Below, in pieces: positions 19,392 through 29,182 of a DNA stretch of 64,000 nucleotides. Location: contig CAWFJP010000029.1 of NCBI GenBank assembly GCA_963816145.1, positions 288,001-352,000 on the forward strand, in the 5' to 3' direction. This stretch comes from an uncultured delta proteobacterium (GTDB lineage: Bacteria; Desulfobacterota; Binatia; UBA9968). Under the pieces are notes generated by a model that ran no database searches, had not been told where the DNA came from, and was given only the letters and a program-made list of their open reading frames with translations. Every line of letters starts with the position of its first letter. Position 1 is the stretch's first letter. A program made the translations under genes and the position numbers.

Positions 19392-19468
19392 GGAACCAAG
19401 TGGCCTTCGTTGTGCGGATTGTCCCCGCACAAGTATATTTAAAGGAGAATCTAACGCGAAGGATCCTG

Positions 19469-19496
19469 GTAGGGGCGAGAAATTTTTCGCCCCTAC
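19469..19496. repeat. GTAG-class REP palindrome
   Basis: GTAGGGGCGA-gaaatttt-TCGCCCCTAC; a related copy starts near 43416. Confidence 0.7.
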
Positions 19497-19508
19497 AGCT
19501 CACCCTTG

Positions 19509-20730
19509 ATGAATGATTCAAAAAGTAACGGCGCCTTTCGCGCTCTTAGCTATCCCGACTATTTTTGGTTCTGGTCGAGCTATTTCGTCTCCAACGTCGG
19601 TTCCTGGATGCAGAGCATCGCCATGGGCTGGCTGCTCTTTGATCTGACGGGGTCGCCGCTCTTATCTCGGGCTCTTCAGCTCGCTGCGCATGGTGATGTT
19701 GCTGAGCTTTTTCATCATCGGCGGGATCATGTCAGACCGCATCGACCGGCGCAAAGTGATGCTGTGGATTCAATTCGTCGCCGCCGGCACATCTCTGATT
19801 TTGGCGCTGTTGGTATCGAGGCACGCGATCCAGGTCTGGCATATCTTCGTGCTCGGCGCGGTTACGTCAACGACCTGGGCGTTCGAGCAACCGGTGCGCC
19901 AGGCGCTGCTGCCGCAACTCATACCGCGTGATGTCCTGGTCAATGCCTTGGCGCTGAATGCGGTGACTTGGAACGGCGCCGGTTTACTGGGGCCTAGCCT
20001 GGTGGGGATCTCGGTCGGAACCATCGGCATCGATGGTTGTTTCTACGCCAACGTCGTCAGTTACCTGGCGGTGGTGGCGGCGCTGGTGCGGCTGCGCGTC
20101 CCGGCCAACGTCCAGGAGCCGGGGCGCGGCACCGTGGTGCAGAGTTTGCTCGGCGGCTTTCGCTACGTTCGCGGCGAGCCGGTTATCTTTACCTATCTGA
20201 CGGTTTCGGCAATTTTCAATATCTTCGGGCGTTCATATGTAACGCTTCTGCCGGTGTTCGCCAAAGAAGTTTTGCGGGTCGGCGCTTCCGGCTTCGGCTT
20301 TCTCGCTGCGGGTCCCGGGCTGGGAACGATCTTTGGCTCGCTTACCCTGGCTAGTTTGGGACGCGTGGAAGCCAAGCGCTGGCTCATGGTTTCCATACTG
20401 GTTGCCTTCGCGGCGCTGCTGGGCGGCTTCGCCTTGAGCCGAAATTTCTCCCTCGCCGTGGCGCTCTTGGTTGTCATCGGTGGCCTGAGCACGGTATTTG
20501 AAACACTGCTCAATACCTCGATACAGCTGCGCGTTGCGGAGGCGTTTCGCGGCCGGGTCTCGGGCTTCTACGGTTTAACCGGCGGCGGTTTGCGCGAGTT
20601 CGGCGGCATGCAAGCCGGTTTCGTTGCTGAGTGGACCAGCGCGCCGGTGGCGATCGTCGCGGGTGCGGTGGTATTGGCGGTGGTCGGATACAGGTTTCTC
20701 GGCGCGCGGCTCAAGCGTATGGCGTCATAG
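19509..20730 (+). CDS. MFS transporter (MFS_3/DUF894-like), with a +1 frameshift near 19662
   Basis: FRALSYPDY..VSNVGSWMQ..LTGSP joins YLGLFSSLRM..GGIMSDRIDRRK after removing one T. Confidence 0.85.
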
Positions 20731-20754
20731 CAATATTGTTTTTTGAGGTGAACT

Positions 20755-21756
20755 ATGTGGACTTGGAATTATTCGATCATCTTCTTGGCAATGCTGATCG
20801 GCGCCATTCCGGCGCCGCTGCCGGCGCAAAAGCTCGATCGCGCGGTGCTTGCCTTCGGCTCCACCGGTCCAAACTTGACGACCTTCTGGCTGGCCCGTGA
20901 AGCCGGCCTGTATAAGCAGCATGGCCTCGATGTCGATGTGGTATTTTTTCGCGGCAGCACTATCGCGATCAACGCGCTTGCCACCAAGGATGCTCACTTC
21001 GGCGCATTTGGTGCGAGCTCGGCGGTGCTTGCCCGAATGGGCGGCTTGGACACGGTGTTGGTCGCCACCGCGGCGCCGGGCTTGTTGTTTTATCTGGTGA
21101 CGAAGAAGGAGATCAAATCGGCGGCGGATTTGAAGGGCAAGCGGATCGGCGCAAGCCGGCCCGGCACGGACTCCGATCTCGCCGCTCGCGTTGCCGCGCA
21201 GCAATTAGGGCTCGGCGAAAAAGATATTCAGGTCATTGCGATGGGCACGGACAACGAGCGATTAGCGGCGATGAGCCAAGGGGTCGTTGACGCGACTGTG
21301 GTCACGGTCGGCGGCTACGTGGCGGCGCAAAAGCTCGGCTTTCACTCGATCCTGGATCTCTCGCAAGCGAACATTCCCTACGAAGCGGCCTCAATGATCA
21401 CCACGCGTTCGCTGATCAAGGAAAATCCCGAGATGGTTCGGCGATTCATCAGAGGATTCGTCGCGGCGATTCAATACGCGCAGACCCATCGAGAGGCGAC
21501 ATTGAAGGTTTTGAGCAAGTACATGCGCACCACGGACGCCGATATCCTGAACGCCAGTTACGATCAGTACGTCGGGCGGGTGATTCCGCGGGTGCCGTAC
21601 GTGAGCGAAAAAGGCTTGCAGGCGGTGATCGATTTCATCCGGCAGCGCAATCCCCAAGCCGCCAATGTCAAACCGCAGGATGTCATGGACAATCGCTTTA
21701 TCAAGGAGTTGGACGACAGCGGTTTTATCAAAGCTCTGTATAGCGCCAAAAATTGA
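20755..21756 (+). CDS. ABC substrate-binding protein (NMT1/SsuA-like)
   Basis: Signal peptide, GLYKQHGLDV, DLKGKRIG, ENPEMVRRF, DDSGFIKALY. Confidence 0.85.
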   Translation: MWTWNYSIIFLAMLIGAIPAPLPAQKLDRAVLAFGSTGPNLTTFWLAREAGLYKQHGLDVDVVFFRGSTIAINALATKDAHFGAFGASSAVLARMGGLDTVLVATAAPGLLFYLVTKKEIKSAADLKGKRIGASRPGTDSDLAARVAAQQLGLGEKDIQVIAMGTDNERLAAMSQGVVDATVVTVGGYVAAQKLGFHSILDLSQANIPYEAASMITTRSLIKENPEMVRRFIRGFVAAIQYAQTHREATLKVLSKYMRTTDADILNASYDQYVGRVIPRVPYVSEKGLQAVIDFIRQRNPQAANVKPQDVMDNRFIKELDDSGFIKALYSAKN

Positions 21757-21764
21757 GGTGAATA

Positions 21765-22268
21765 ATGAAACCTGTTGGGCCGCTGCTCGGTTTGGCTCTG
21801 TCGGCTTTACCCGCGCTCGCTGTCGCGGCGGATAACGTCGATTGCCGGGTGACTTCGCGGTTTTCCAGTCAAGGAAGTGTCGGCAAATTCGTAATTGACG
21901 CGCTGCGCAGCGCGACAGAGCGGCTGACCATCGCGCTTTATGGCTTTGACAACATGGAGCTCGGCGACGAATTGATCCAACTGGCAAAAAAGGGCGTGGT
22001 CGTGAAACTTAAAGTCGATACAGCGCGCAGCAAGAACAAGAAAATCGTCGCGCTGATCGATCGGCTCAAAGCCGGCGGCGTTGAAGTTCAGACCGTGGCA
22101 CCCAACGGCCGCAACCACAACAAGTTTGCCGTTATCGACGGCAAACGGGTGCTCACTGGCTCGTACAATTGGACTCTGAAGGCGGAAGGAAACTGGGAGA
22201 ATTTGCTCATGCTGGATTGTCCCGAGCTCGCCAAAGCTTATGAGAGCGAGTGGGAGCGTATTCACTGA
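21765..22268 (+). CDS. Secreted single-HKD phospholipase D / Nuc-like protein
   Basis: HNKFAVID..VLTGSYNWT and EN motif; signal peptide. Confidence 0.85.
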   Translation: MKPVGPLLGLALSALPALAVAADNVDCRVTSRFSSQGSVGKFVIDALRSATERLTIALYGFDNMELGDELIQLAKKGVVVKLKVDTARSKNKKIVALIDRLKAGGVEVQTVAPNGRNHNKFAVIDGKRVLTGSYNWTLKAEGNWENLLMLDCPELAKAYESEWERIH

Positions 22269-22285
22269 CGCCTTTTTCGTGTGCA

Positions 22286-23749
22286 TCAAGGGTCGCTATT
22301 TCGAATCAGCTGCGCGTAGAATCGAATGCAGCGCAGGTAGTCCGCAAATGAAATGCGCTCGTCAACGCCATGAATCCGCTTGGTATCCTCTGGGCGAAAA
22401 ACGATGGGCACGAACCGGTAAATATTTTTCGTAAGGTTGGCATAGTGGCGGGTGTCCGTTGCCGCGATCGTCAAAAAGGGCGCGACAATGGTTTCCGGCG
22501 CAACCTCGCTGATCGTTCGGCTCACGAGTTTGAAGCCTGCGACATCGATGGATGATATGGGCGATGGATCGATTGGAAACGGCAGCGGGGTTATTTTCAC
22601 CCGGGTATCGTCGATCGCCCGGCGAACGCGGACGATCACCGCATCGACTGTGTCGCCGCTAATCAAGCGAAAGTTCATTGTCGCTTGGGCCCGGGCGGGT
22701 AAAACGTTTTCCTTATCGCCGGCGTGAAATATCGTTGTCGCCTTGGTTGTGCGAATCATCGAGTCGGTCAGTGGCGACTTGGCCAATTCGCGCTCAAGCC
22801 AGGGCTCGGTCAGCCACAGATTGGCGAGCAGGAGTCTCTTATCCCATGACAATTCGGGACCGACGAAATTGAAGAACTCCTTAACCGCGTTGTTGACGCG
22901 ACTCGGGAAGGGCGTCCTTTCAACCTTGTCGATGGCCCGGCTGAGAATGCCGATGGCGCTTTCTTTGGGGGGTAAGGACGAGTGGCCGCCGGGACTCGTG
23001 ACCGTCAACTCCAGGGTTAGATAACCTTTTTCGCCGAGCCCAATCATCGCAACCGGAGCGGCCACGTTAGGAATAATGCCGTTAATGATCCCGCTGCCCT
23101 CGTCGAGTACGGACTCGATCTGCACGCCGCGGCCGCCGAGCAGCGCGGCGATTTTTGCAGCGCCCTGTTGGCCGCCGGTTTCTTCATCATGGCCGAATGC
23201 CAGATAGACGGTGCGTTGCGGTTGAAAGCCGTCAGCGAGAAGTCTTTCGACGGCTTCGAGCATGCCGAGAAGACTCGCCTTGTCGTCTATGGCGCCGCGA
23301 CCCCAGACGTAACCGTCGGCGACCTGTCCGGAAAATGGCCCATGGGTCCACGAGCTTTCCGTGTCTGGATCGATCGGCACGACATCCAAGTGGGCCATAA
23401 GCAGGATCGGTTTCAGCCGGTCGTCTTTGCCTTTCCAGGTGTAGAGCAGACTGTAGTCGTTGACGACCTCTGTCGTAAGCTGCGTATGAATTCGCGGGAA
23501 AGATTTTACCAAGAACGCGTGGAAATTGCGGAATGGATCAGTGTTTGATTGCTTCTTCACTAATTCGATGGAGATTGTTTTGAACTGAATGGCCTCCGAC
23601 AATCGTGTCATGACGGCATTTTGATCGAGTGGAAGCTGCGGTGCAGGCGGTGGATGGAGTTGGCGGGATCTGAAGGTCATCGTGCGGATGACCAGCAACG
23701 CCAAGACAACGCCAAACAGGACGCTGAGCGATAGTGCGAGGCGTTTCAT
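22286..23749 (-). CDS. M20 family peptidase (carboxypeptidase S / PM20D1-like) with N-terminal anchor
   Basis: LMAHLDVVP, WGRGAIDDK, GHDEE, GGHSS, KENVLP, IHGVDE. Confidence 0.9.
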   Translation of the reverse strand: MKRLALSLSVLFGVVLALLVIRTMTFRSRQLHPPPAPQLPLDQNAVMTRLSEAIQFKTISIELVKKQSNTDPFRNFHAFLVKSFPRIHTQLTTEVVNDYSLLYTWKGKDDRLKPILLMAHLDVVPIDPDTESSWTHGPFSGQVADGYVWGRGAIDDKASLLGMLEAVERLLADGFQPQRTVYLAFGHDEETGGQQGAAKIAALLGGRGVQIESVLDEGSGIINGIIPNVAAPVAMIGLGEKGYLTLELTVTSPGGHSSLPPKESAIGILSRAIDKVERTPFPSRVNNAVKEFFNFVGPELSWDKRLLLANLWLTEPWLERELAKSPLTDSMIRTTKATTIFHAGDKENVLPARAQATMNFRLISGDTVDAVIVRVRRAIDDTRVKITPLPFPIDPSPISSIDVAGFKLVSRTISEVAPETIVAPFLTIAATDTRHYANLTKNIYRFVPIVFRPEDTKRIHGVDERISFADYLRCIRFYAQLIRNSDP

Positions 23750-23896
23750 GAGGATTGGCGACTATAAAAGAGACTGGTAGCAAGTTCGCCGGAGGACTGC
23801 AAATCGAAAGGGTGCCGTGGCTCTTCGGATTGACAACTCCCACTGGGTCCGATAATTTTTCCGGATAAACAAACAAGAAAAATTTGGAGGAATTAG

Positions 23897-24832
23897 ATGA
23901 GCGATTTTTATACGGATTGGCTGGAACAGTCCAAAGCCAATGAAAAAGCGGTCGCCGAGTCGCCACGATTCACGCGTTCGAAAGATCTCAAGTGGGTGCG
24001 CACACCGCAGGATTTCAAAGCGGCCTTGATGATCGCGCCGGAGTTGGGTTTCACCACCGGCGGCAGTTGCATGATGCGCGCGGAGATCCCGGTGGGCTGG
24101 CATTCCGGCAAACATCTGCACGGCGAAGAGGCGATCTATGTCGAGAGCGGCGAAGGTTTCATGGTGCTCGACGACAAACGCTACGATTTCGGCCCAGGCA
24201 CGATCATTCATGTGCCCTATCGGTCGACCCATCAGATCTTCAACACCGGCAAGCTGCCGGTGGGCTACATTTCCGGCCTGGCGTGGCACCTCGAAGCTGC
24301 GGTCTACATGGGCAAAATGGAACAGTTGGAAGTGTGCGGCGAGAACGATCCGAAAGTGCTCGCGGCATACCCGAAGGAAGAATCCCAGTACTGGCCTGAA
24401 GACGGCCGGCGCATCTCGATGCATCAGGCCCAGCATGTCAAGTCGGACGAGTCGAAGCACGGCGCGACCTATTTCTTGATGGGCCGCAGCGGCAAGGACA
24501 ACGGCTTCAAGGCCACCGGCGTAGCGATCAGCTCTATCTTCGTCGATCTGCCCCATACCAAAAGCCATAGCCATGCCCATCCCGAAGCTTATCTTTATGC
24601 CCTCGAAGGCGACGGCTATTCCGAGATCGGCGGCAAACGCTACGACTGGAATCAAGGCGACGCTATTCACGTGCCGCCGGGCATGCTGCACCACCAGCAT
24701 TTCAATCCATTCGATCGCGACATGAAGGAGCTGCGCTTCGAATTCGGCGTGCGCTATTGGTTCGTCGATCAGTGGAAAGGCTATGTCACCATCGATAAAC
24801 ACTTGAAGGCGACCACGCATATGATCGACTAG
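23897..24832 (+). CDS. Bicupin domain protein (ring-cleavage dioxygenase-like)
   Basis: Two cupin motifs: GKHLHGEE..H and HSHAHPEA..HQHFN. Confidence 0.8.
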   Translation: MSDFYTDWLEQSKANEKAVAESPRFTRSKDLKWVRTPQDFKAALMIAPELGFTTGGSCMMRAEIPVGWHSGKHLHGEEAIYVESGEGFMVLDDKRYDFGPGTIIHVPYRSTHQIFNTGKLPVGYISGLAWHLEAAVYMGKMEQLEVCGENDPKVLAAYPKEESQYWPEDGRRISMHQAQHVKSDESKHGATYFLMGRSGKDNGFKATGVAISSIFVDLPHTKSHSHAHPEAYLYALEGDGYSEIGGKRYDWNQGDAIHVPPGMLHHQHFNPFDRDMKELRFEFGVRYWFVDQWKGYVTIDKHLKATTHMID

Positions 24833-24852
24833 TACTGTTTTGGTTTAGTCTC

Positions 24853-24891
24853 AAGGGCGAGCTGGCCATGGAGTCAGCTCGCCCTTTTTTT
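24853..24891 (+). terminator. Rho-independent terminator between convergent genes
   Basis: AAGGGCGAGCTGGC / GTCAGCTCGCCCTT stem followed by a T-run. Confidence 0.8.
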
Positions 24892-24900
24892 AACAACAGG

Positions 24901-25449
24901 TCAGATTGGAAAATCTTTGGGATTGGGCGACGAGGAAAGCTCGAAGGCATTGAGCGTGCACGAGATCATGGAATAATAGCCGATGGTTGCCGTGAGTTCG
25001 ACCAAACCGGCGACGCCTAAGCGGGTCAGCATCGATTGGAAAGCCTTCTCGATCACCCGATGGCTTTGCAGCACTGCGCGAACGTAGTCGACGATTTCCC
25101 CTTCGTCGGGCGGGAGTCCCGCGGTGGATTGGCGCTGGTGCACCGCACGCACTGTCTCCTGGTTAATGCCGTTCTTCTCGGCGTTTCGCACACCGGCGGC
25201 CCACTCATGGATGCAGTCCAATTCTCGCGATGTGGTCAGCGCGGCCAGCGCGCGTACCTTCGGTTCGAGTTTGCCGTCGAAGCGAAGATAGCCGCCTAGG
25301 CTGGCGGTGTGGTCGGCAATGGTCGGCACATGCAACAATGCCGGAAAGCAGCCGCGCACCTCGCCGCGGCTTTTGACGATGGCGTCGTAAACTGCTCGGT
25401 GTTGCGGCGCTAGACTCTGCTTGTTTTCAATCAGCGGTATTCTTGCCAT
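24901..25449 (-). CDS. Carboxymuconolactone decarboxylase (AhpD-like) family protein
   Basis: MARIP, LGGYLRF, HEWAA, GLVELTATIGYY pattern. Confidence 0.8.
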   Translation of the reverse strand: MARIPLIENKQSLAPQHRAVYDAIVKSRGEVRGCFPALLHVPTIADHTASLGGYLRFDGKLEPKVRALAALTTSRELDCIHEWAAGVRNAEKNGINQETVRAVHQRQSTAGLPPDEGEIVDYVRAVLQSHRVIEKAFQSMLTRLGVAGLVELTATIGYYSMISCTLNAFELSSSPNPKDFPI

Positions 25450-25617
25450 GATCCCTCCTTAGCTTTCCTCTTTATTCCATGTTCAGGCGGCGACTCAACC
25501 GCGCGGTAGCGTTATCGATGTGCGCTTCGCTGGACAATGGCGCAGCGCGGCGGTTTGGAGTTGAATTTTTCTCTGACAATTTCTTGCAACGTGAAGAAAC
25601 TTTTTCTATAGGTTTGC

Positions 25618-25890
25618 TTGATGCCCGGATTTTTTCGAAACAAAAGCGACGACTCGAAGATGATGCTCGGTTTCATCGTGCGCCGTTGTGCGGCGGATAT
25701 CGGCCACCCGCCGTCGCCCGACGAGTTTGCCAAGTGGGCCAACGGCGATAACTTGAAGGGAAGCCGGTTTTGTTTGTTCGGCCAAGAGATCTCGCCGACC
25801 GCGGCGAAAGTGATGTTCAGCCAGCCCGGCAGACTGGTCACAGTGAGCCCGGAAGGCTTGGCGCGATTATCGAAAAGCACCAGCCGCTAG
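25618..25890 (+). CDS. Hypothetical small protein
   Basis: 90 aa ORF filling the gap with coding-like composition; start uncertain. Confidence 0.55.
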   Translation: MMPGFFRNKSDDSKMMLGFIVRRCAADIGHPPSPDEFAKWANGDNLKGSRFCLFGQEISPTAAKVMFSQPGRLVTVSPEGLARLSKSTSR

Positions 25891-26001
25891 CGCTTCCCTC
25901 CCATCTCCACGTTAATTTGCCGTTCGGCACTGGGCATTTCGTTCTAGACTTCACCTTTTGACGGCAGTATAGCTGGGCCATTACTACCGAAGAGGAGTTT
26001 T

Positions 26002-26202
26002 ATGGAAGAGCAAATACGCCGCTTGAGCGCGCATTTCGGCTGGAATCTGAGCGATGAAGAGGTTCGCCGCATTGCCGCGGAGGCGTTGGTGCAGGAGCAG
26101 GTGCTCGAACGTCTCAAACAGGTTAATTTAGCGCAGACTCGGCCGATCATGGGTGTTTTCAAATCCCGGCGGTCCACGACGAAGACCCGGAGGCGAAAAT
26201 GA
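26002..26202 (+). CDS. Small GatC/AtzG-like partner of the downstream amidase
   Basis: GAGGAG RBS; stop overlaps the amidase start (ATGA); size and position typical of such partners. Confidence 0.55.
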   Translation: MEEQIRRLSAHFGWNLSDEEVRRIAAEALVQEQVLERLKQVNLAQTRPIMGVFKSRRSTTKTRRRK

Positions 26203-27641
26203 GCGGGCTCGAACTCGACCGCGCGACGATTGCCGAACTTGCGCCGGTCATCAAGGCGAAAAAGCTTTCCGTCGTCGCCTTGACCCAGGAGTTTCTCGAC
26301 CGGATCGGACGTCACAATCCGGCGCTCAATGCCTTTCAGACGGTCACAGCTGCGGACGCACTGAAGCAGGCGCGCACACTTGATCGTGAACTGCGCGCGG
26401 GCAAGTGGCGCGGGCCGCTCCACGGCATTCCATTTTCGATCAAAGACAACTTGGCAACCCAAGGCGTCAAAACCACTGCCGGGTCGAAGCAACTCGCTGA
26501 CTGGATTCCCGATTATGATGCAAGCGTTGTCGCTAAGTTGAAATTTGCCGGCGCGGTCCTACTCGGCAAAACTAATATGCATGAGTGGGCATCCGGCAGC
26601 ACGACGATCAATCCGTACTACGGCACGACGGCCAATCCTTGGGACCGTAATCGCATTTCCGGTGGGTCGAGCGGCGGGTCGGCGGCATCGGTCGCCGCAA
26701 GTCTGTGCTTGGGCTCCATCGGTACCGATAACGCCGGCTCGGTGCGCCACCCGGCTTCGCTCTGCGGCGTGGTCGGATTGAAACCAACCTTTGGCCGGGT
26801 CAGCCGATATGGCGGTGTCCTGGGCACGGGCGGATTCTCGACCGATCACTTCGGTCCGTTTGCCAAGACCGTCAAAGATTGCGCACTGATGCTCAAGGCG
26901 ATCGCCGGGCATGACCCTAAAGATCCTCTCAGTGCGCGAGAGCCAGTGGCGAACTATACCAGCGCCATCGGCAAGCCGGTCAAAGGACTGCGTGTGGGAC
27001 TGATCGAAGGTTACTTTGATGAGTTCATGAGCGCGGAGGTGCGGCTTTTTTTCGAAACCGCAGTGAGCCAATTGAAAGCCCTTGGCATGAAGGTCGTCAA
27101 GCTCAATATTGCTTACACCGATTTGATTGCCGCGGTGCAGTTGGCGACCAGTCGGGTCGAAAATGTTGCAACGGCGCACGAATATTTGCGCAACGCGCCG
27201 CGCGATTACAGTCCGTCGCTTTTTCACCGTCATATCAAATCATTGCTGATTCCGGCCGATGTCTATGTGACGGCACAACGGGTGCGGCGGTTGATCTGCG
27301 AGGCCTTCGAAGCGGCGTTCGACAAAGTAGATGTCCTGGTGGCGCCGACGGTGGGGTCGCCGGCGCAAACCATCGAGGAATGCCGCCAAGGTTTCGCCAT
27401 CGTCGACGGCCGGCGCGTTGAGCTGCAGGAAGAACGCGGCACGACCGGCACCTTGTGTACGATTCCCTTCAACGTTACCGGGTTGCCGGCGATGAGTTTA
27501 TGCTGCGGTTTTTCTTCCCAAGGATTGCCGATCGGAATGCAGGTCGTCGGCGCGCCCTTCGATGAGGCGCGGCTGTTTCAAGTGGGCCATGCCTATGAAC
27601 AGGCAGCAGGGTGGTATAGACAGCATCCGAAGTTCGATTGA
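26199..27641 (+). CDS. Amidase signature family enzyme (GatA/AtzE-like)
   Basis: GPLHGIPFSIKD, GKTNMHE, GGSSGGSA, GTDNAGSVRHPASLCG. Confidence 0.92.
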   Translation: MSGLELDRATIAELAPVIKAKKLSVVALTQEFLDRIGRHNPALNAFQTVTAADALKQARTLDRELRAGKWRGPLHGIPFSIKDNLATQGVKTTAGSKQLADWIPDYDASVVAKLKFAGAVLLGKTNMHEWASGSTTINPYYGTTANPWDRNRISGGSSGGSAASVAASLCLGSIGTDNAGSVRHPASLCGVVGLKPTFGRVSRYGGVLGTGGFSTDHFGPFAKTVKDCALMLKAIAGHDPKDPLSAREPVANYTSAIGKPVKGLRVGLIEGYFDEFMSAEVRLFFETAVSQLKALGMKVVKLNIAYTDLIAAVQLATSRVENVATAHEYLRNAPRDYSPSLFHRHIKSLLIPADVYVTAQRVRRLICEAFEAAFDKVDVLVAPTVGSPAQTIEECRQGFAIVDGRRVELQEERGTTGTLCTIPFNVTGLPAMSLCCGFSSQGLPIGMQVVGAPFDEARLFQVGHAYEQAAGWYRQHPKFD

Positions 27642-27659
27642 TGGAACCGGCGAGGCTTA

Positions 27660-28058
27660 TCAAAACGCGTCGATGTAACCCGTCACCCACACACCGATTA
27701 TCACCGCGCCAATCGTCCAAAGGAGGACAATCACGATGGCTGCGGCGCGGCTATGGGCCAAACTGCCATCGGCCTGTTGAGCGGCTTGCCGTGCGTCCGC
27801 GAGGACCGTGGCGGGGATCAGCTTGAGCGCCAGGAAGATTCCCAGCGGTAACAGCACGAGATCGTCGAGATATCCCACTACCGGGATAAAGTCCGGAATC
27901 AGATCGATGGGACTCAAAGCGTAGGCAACCACGATCGTAACGACCAGCTTCGCAGCCCATGCCGTGCGCGGATCGCGGGCGGCGAGATAGAGGGCGACGG
28001 TCTCGCGTTTGAGCGCCCGTGCCTTTGTCCTAAGGTTTTCGATCAATCTTTTGCTCAT
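27660..28058 (-). CDS. YkvA / DUF1232 membrane protein
   Basis: [21 protein letters not shown] signature. Confidence 0.9.
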   Translation of the reverse strand: MSKRLIENLRTKARALKRETVALYLAARDPRTAWAAKLVVTIVVAYALSPIDLIPDFIPVVGYLDDLVLLPLGIFLALKLIPATVLADARQAAQQADGSLAHSRAAAIVIVLLWTIGAVIIGVWVTGYIDAF

Positions 28059-28169
28059 CTGGTGACCGTGTACTCAGATGGTGATTGCCCCTAACCAACC
28101 GTCTTGTTATGCTTTTGAACACTATCATGATTTAGCTTTTTGGCAGAGTATTGCGGAGGATAGGACTCG

Positions 28170-29171
28170 ATGCTTGCTCCTGGTTTGTTAGCTTTCTTAG
28201 CATGCGTTCTGACTGCCAGTGCAGCGGTGGAGGTGTCGGCGCAAGTTAAGCCGGAGAAATTGCGTATCGGCTATGCCGCGCGCGCCGTGGCGCACTCGGT
28301 GCCGTTCGTCGCCAAGGAGGCGGGCTTTTTTGCCGAGGAAGGGATTAACGCCGAGATTATCCATACGGCGGGATCGATAGCACCGATGGCTTTGGCGGCT
28401 AATGAAGTCGATATGACGATCATGTCGGCCTATCTGATGATTCCGGTCTCCGTGCAGAATCGCGATGTCGTCATGCTCGGCGGATTTTCCCGTTACGCTT
28501 CGATGGTGTTCGTGGCGCGCCCGGATATCAAGAAGCCGCAGGATTTGAAGGGTAAGATAGTCGGCATTCAGCGTCCCGGCGACGCTTACGAGAAAAGCGC
28601 CCGTTTCGCCTTGAAACATATCGGCCTGGATGCCGACAAAGACGTCACGCTGCTGGCCCTCGGCAGCAATGACGTGATGTGGGGCGCGCTCAATACCAAT
28701 CGGGTGGCGGCCACCGTGCTGTCGCCGCCGGGCACGCTGTTCGCGCGCAAAGCCGGCATGAATTTCATGGTCGATTTGACCGACTTGAAGTTGGAATATC
28801 AGGGCTCGACGATCACCACGCGCCGTTCTCTCGTTCAGAAAAATCCCCAGCTCGCGACCCGGGCGATGCGCGCGATCGTCCGCGGCGTGCATCTGTTCAA
28901 GACGCGGAAAGAAGAGACCACGAGAATCTTGAGCAAGTTTCTCGGCACCAAAGATCCTGACGGATTGACCGAGTCTTGGGAGTACGCGGCGAAAATGCCG
29001 GCCAAGCCCTACGCTTTTGAGAGCGCCGTGCAAGCGGTGTTGGATCATTTGGCCGAAGGCCAGCCCAAGTACGCGCAGTACAAGCCCGGCGAATTCATCG
29101 ACGCGCGCACCCTCGTGGAAATCGACAAGAGCGGCTATATCGACAAGCTTTACGGCGGGCAGGCGAGATAG
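28170..29171 (+). CDS. ABC substrate-binding protein (NMT1/SsuA-like)
   Basis: Signal peptide, [28 protein letters not shown]. Confidence 0.85.
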   Translation: MLAPGLLAFLACVLTASAAVEVSAQVKPEKLRIGYAARAVAHSVPFVAKEAGFFAEEGINAEIIHTAGSIAPMALAANEVDMTIMSAYLMIPVSVQNRDVVMLGGFSRYASMVFVARPDIKKPQDLKGKIVGIQRPGDAYEKSARFALKHIGLDADKDVTLLALGSNDVMWGALNTNRVAATVLSPPGTLFARKAGMNFMVDLTDLKLEYQGSTITTRRSLVQKNPQLATRAMRAIVRGVHLFKTRKEETTRILSKFLGTKDPDGLTESWEYAAKMPAKPYAFESAVQAVLDHLAEGQPKYAQYKPGEFIDARTLVEIDKSGYIDKLYGGQAR

Positions 29172-29182
29172 TTCGGGGCGCC

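Noticed and set aside
26199-27641. gatCA of the tRNA amidotransferase
   Set aside because: No gatB follows and GatA-specific C-terminal motifs are missing; treated as a generic amidase.
28141-28155. TGGCAGAGTATTGC as a sigma54 promoter
   Set aside because: GG to GC spacing is 9 rather than the required 10, and it abuts the RBS.
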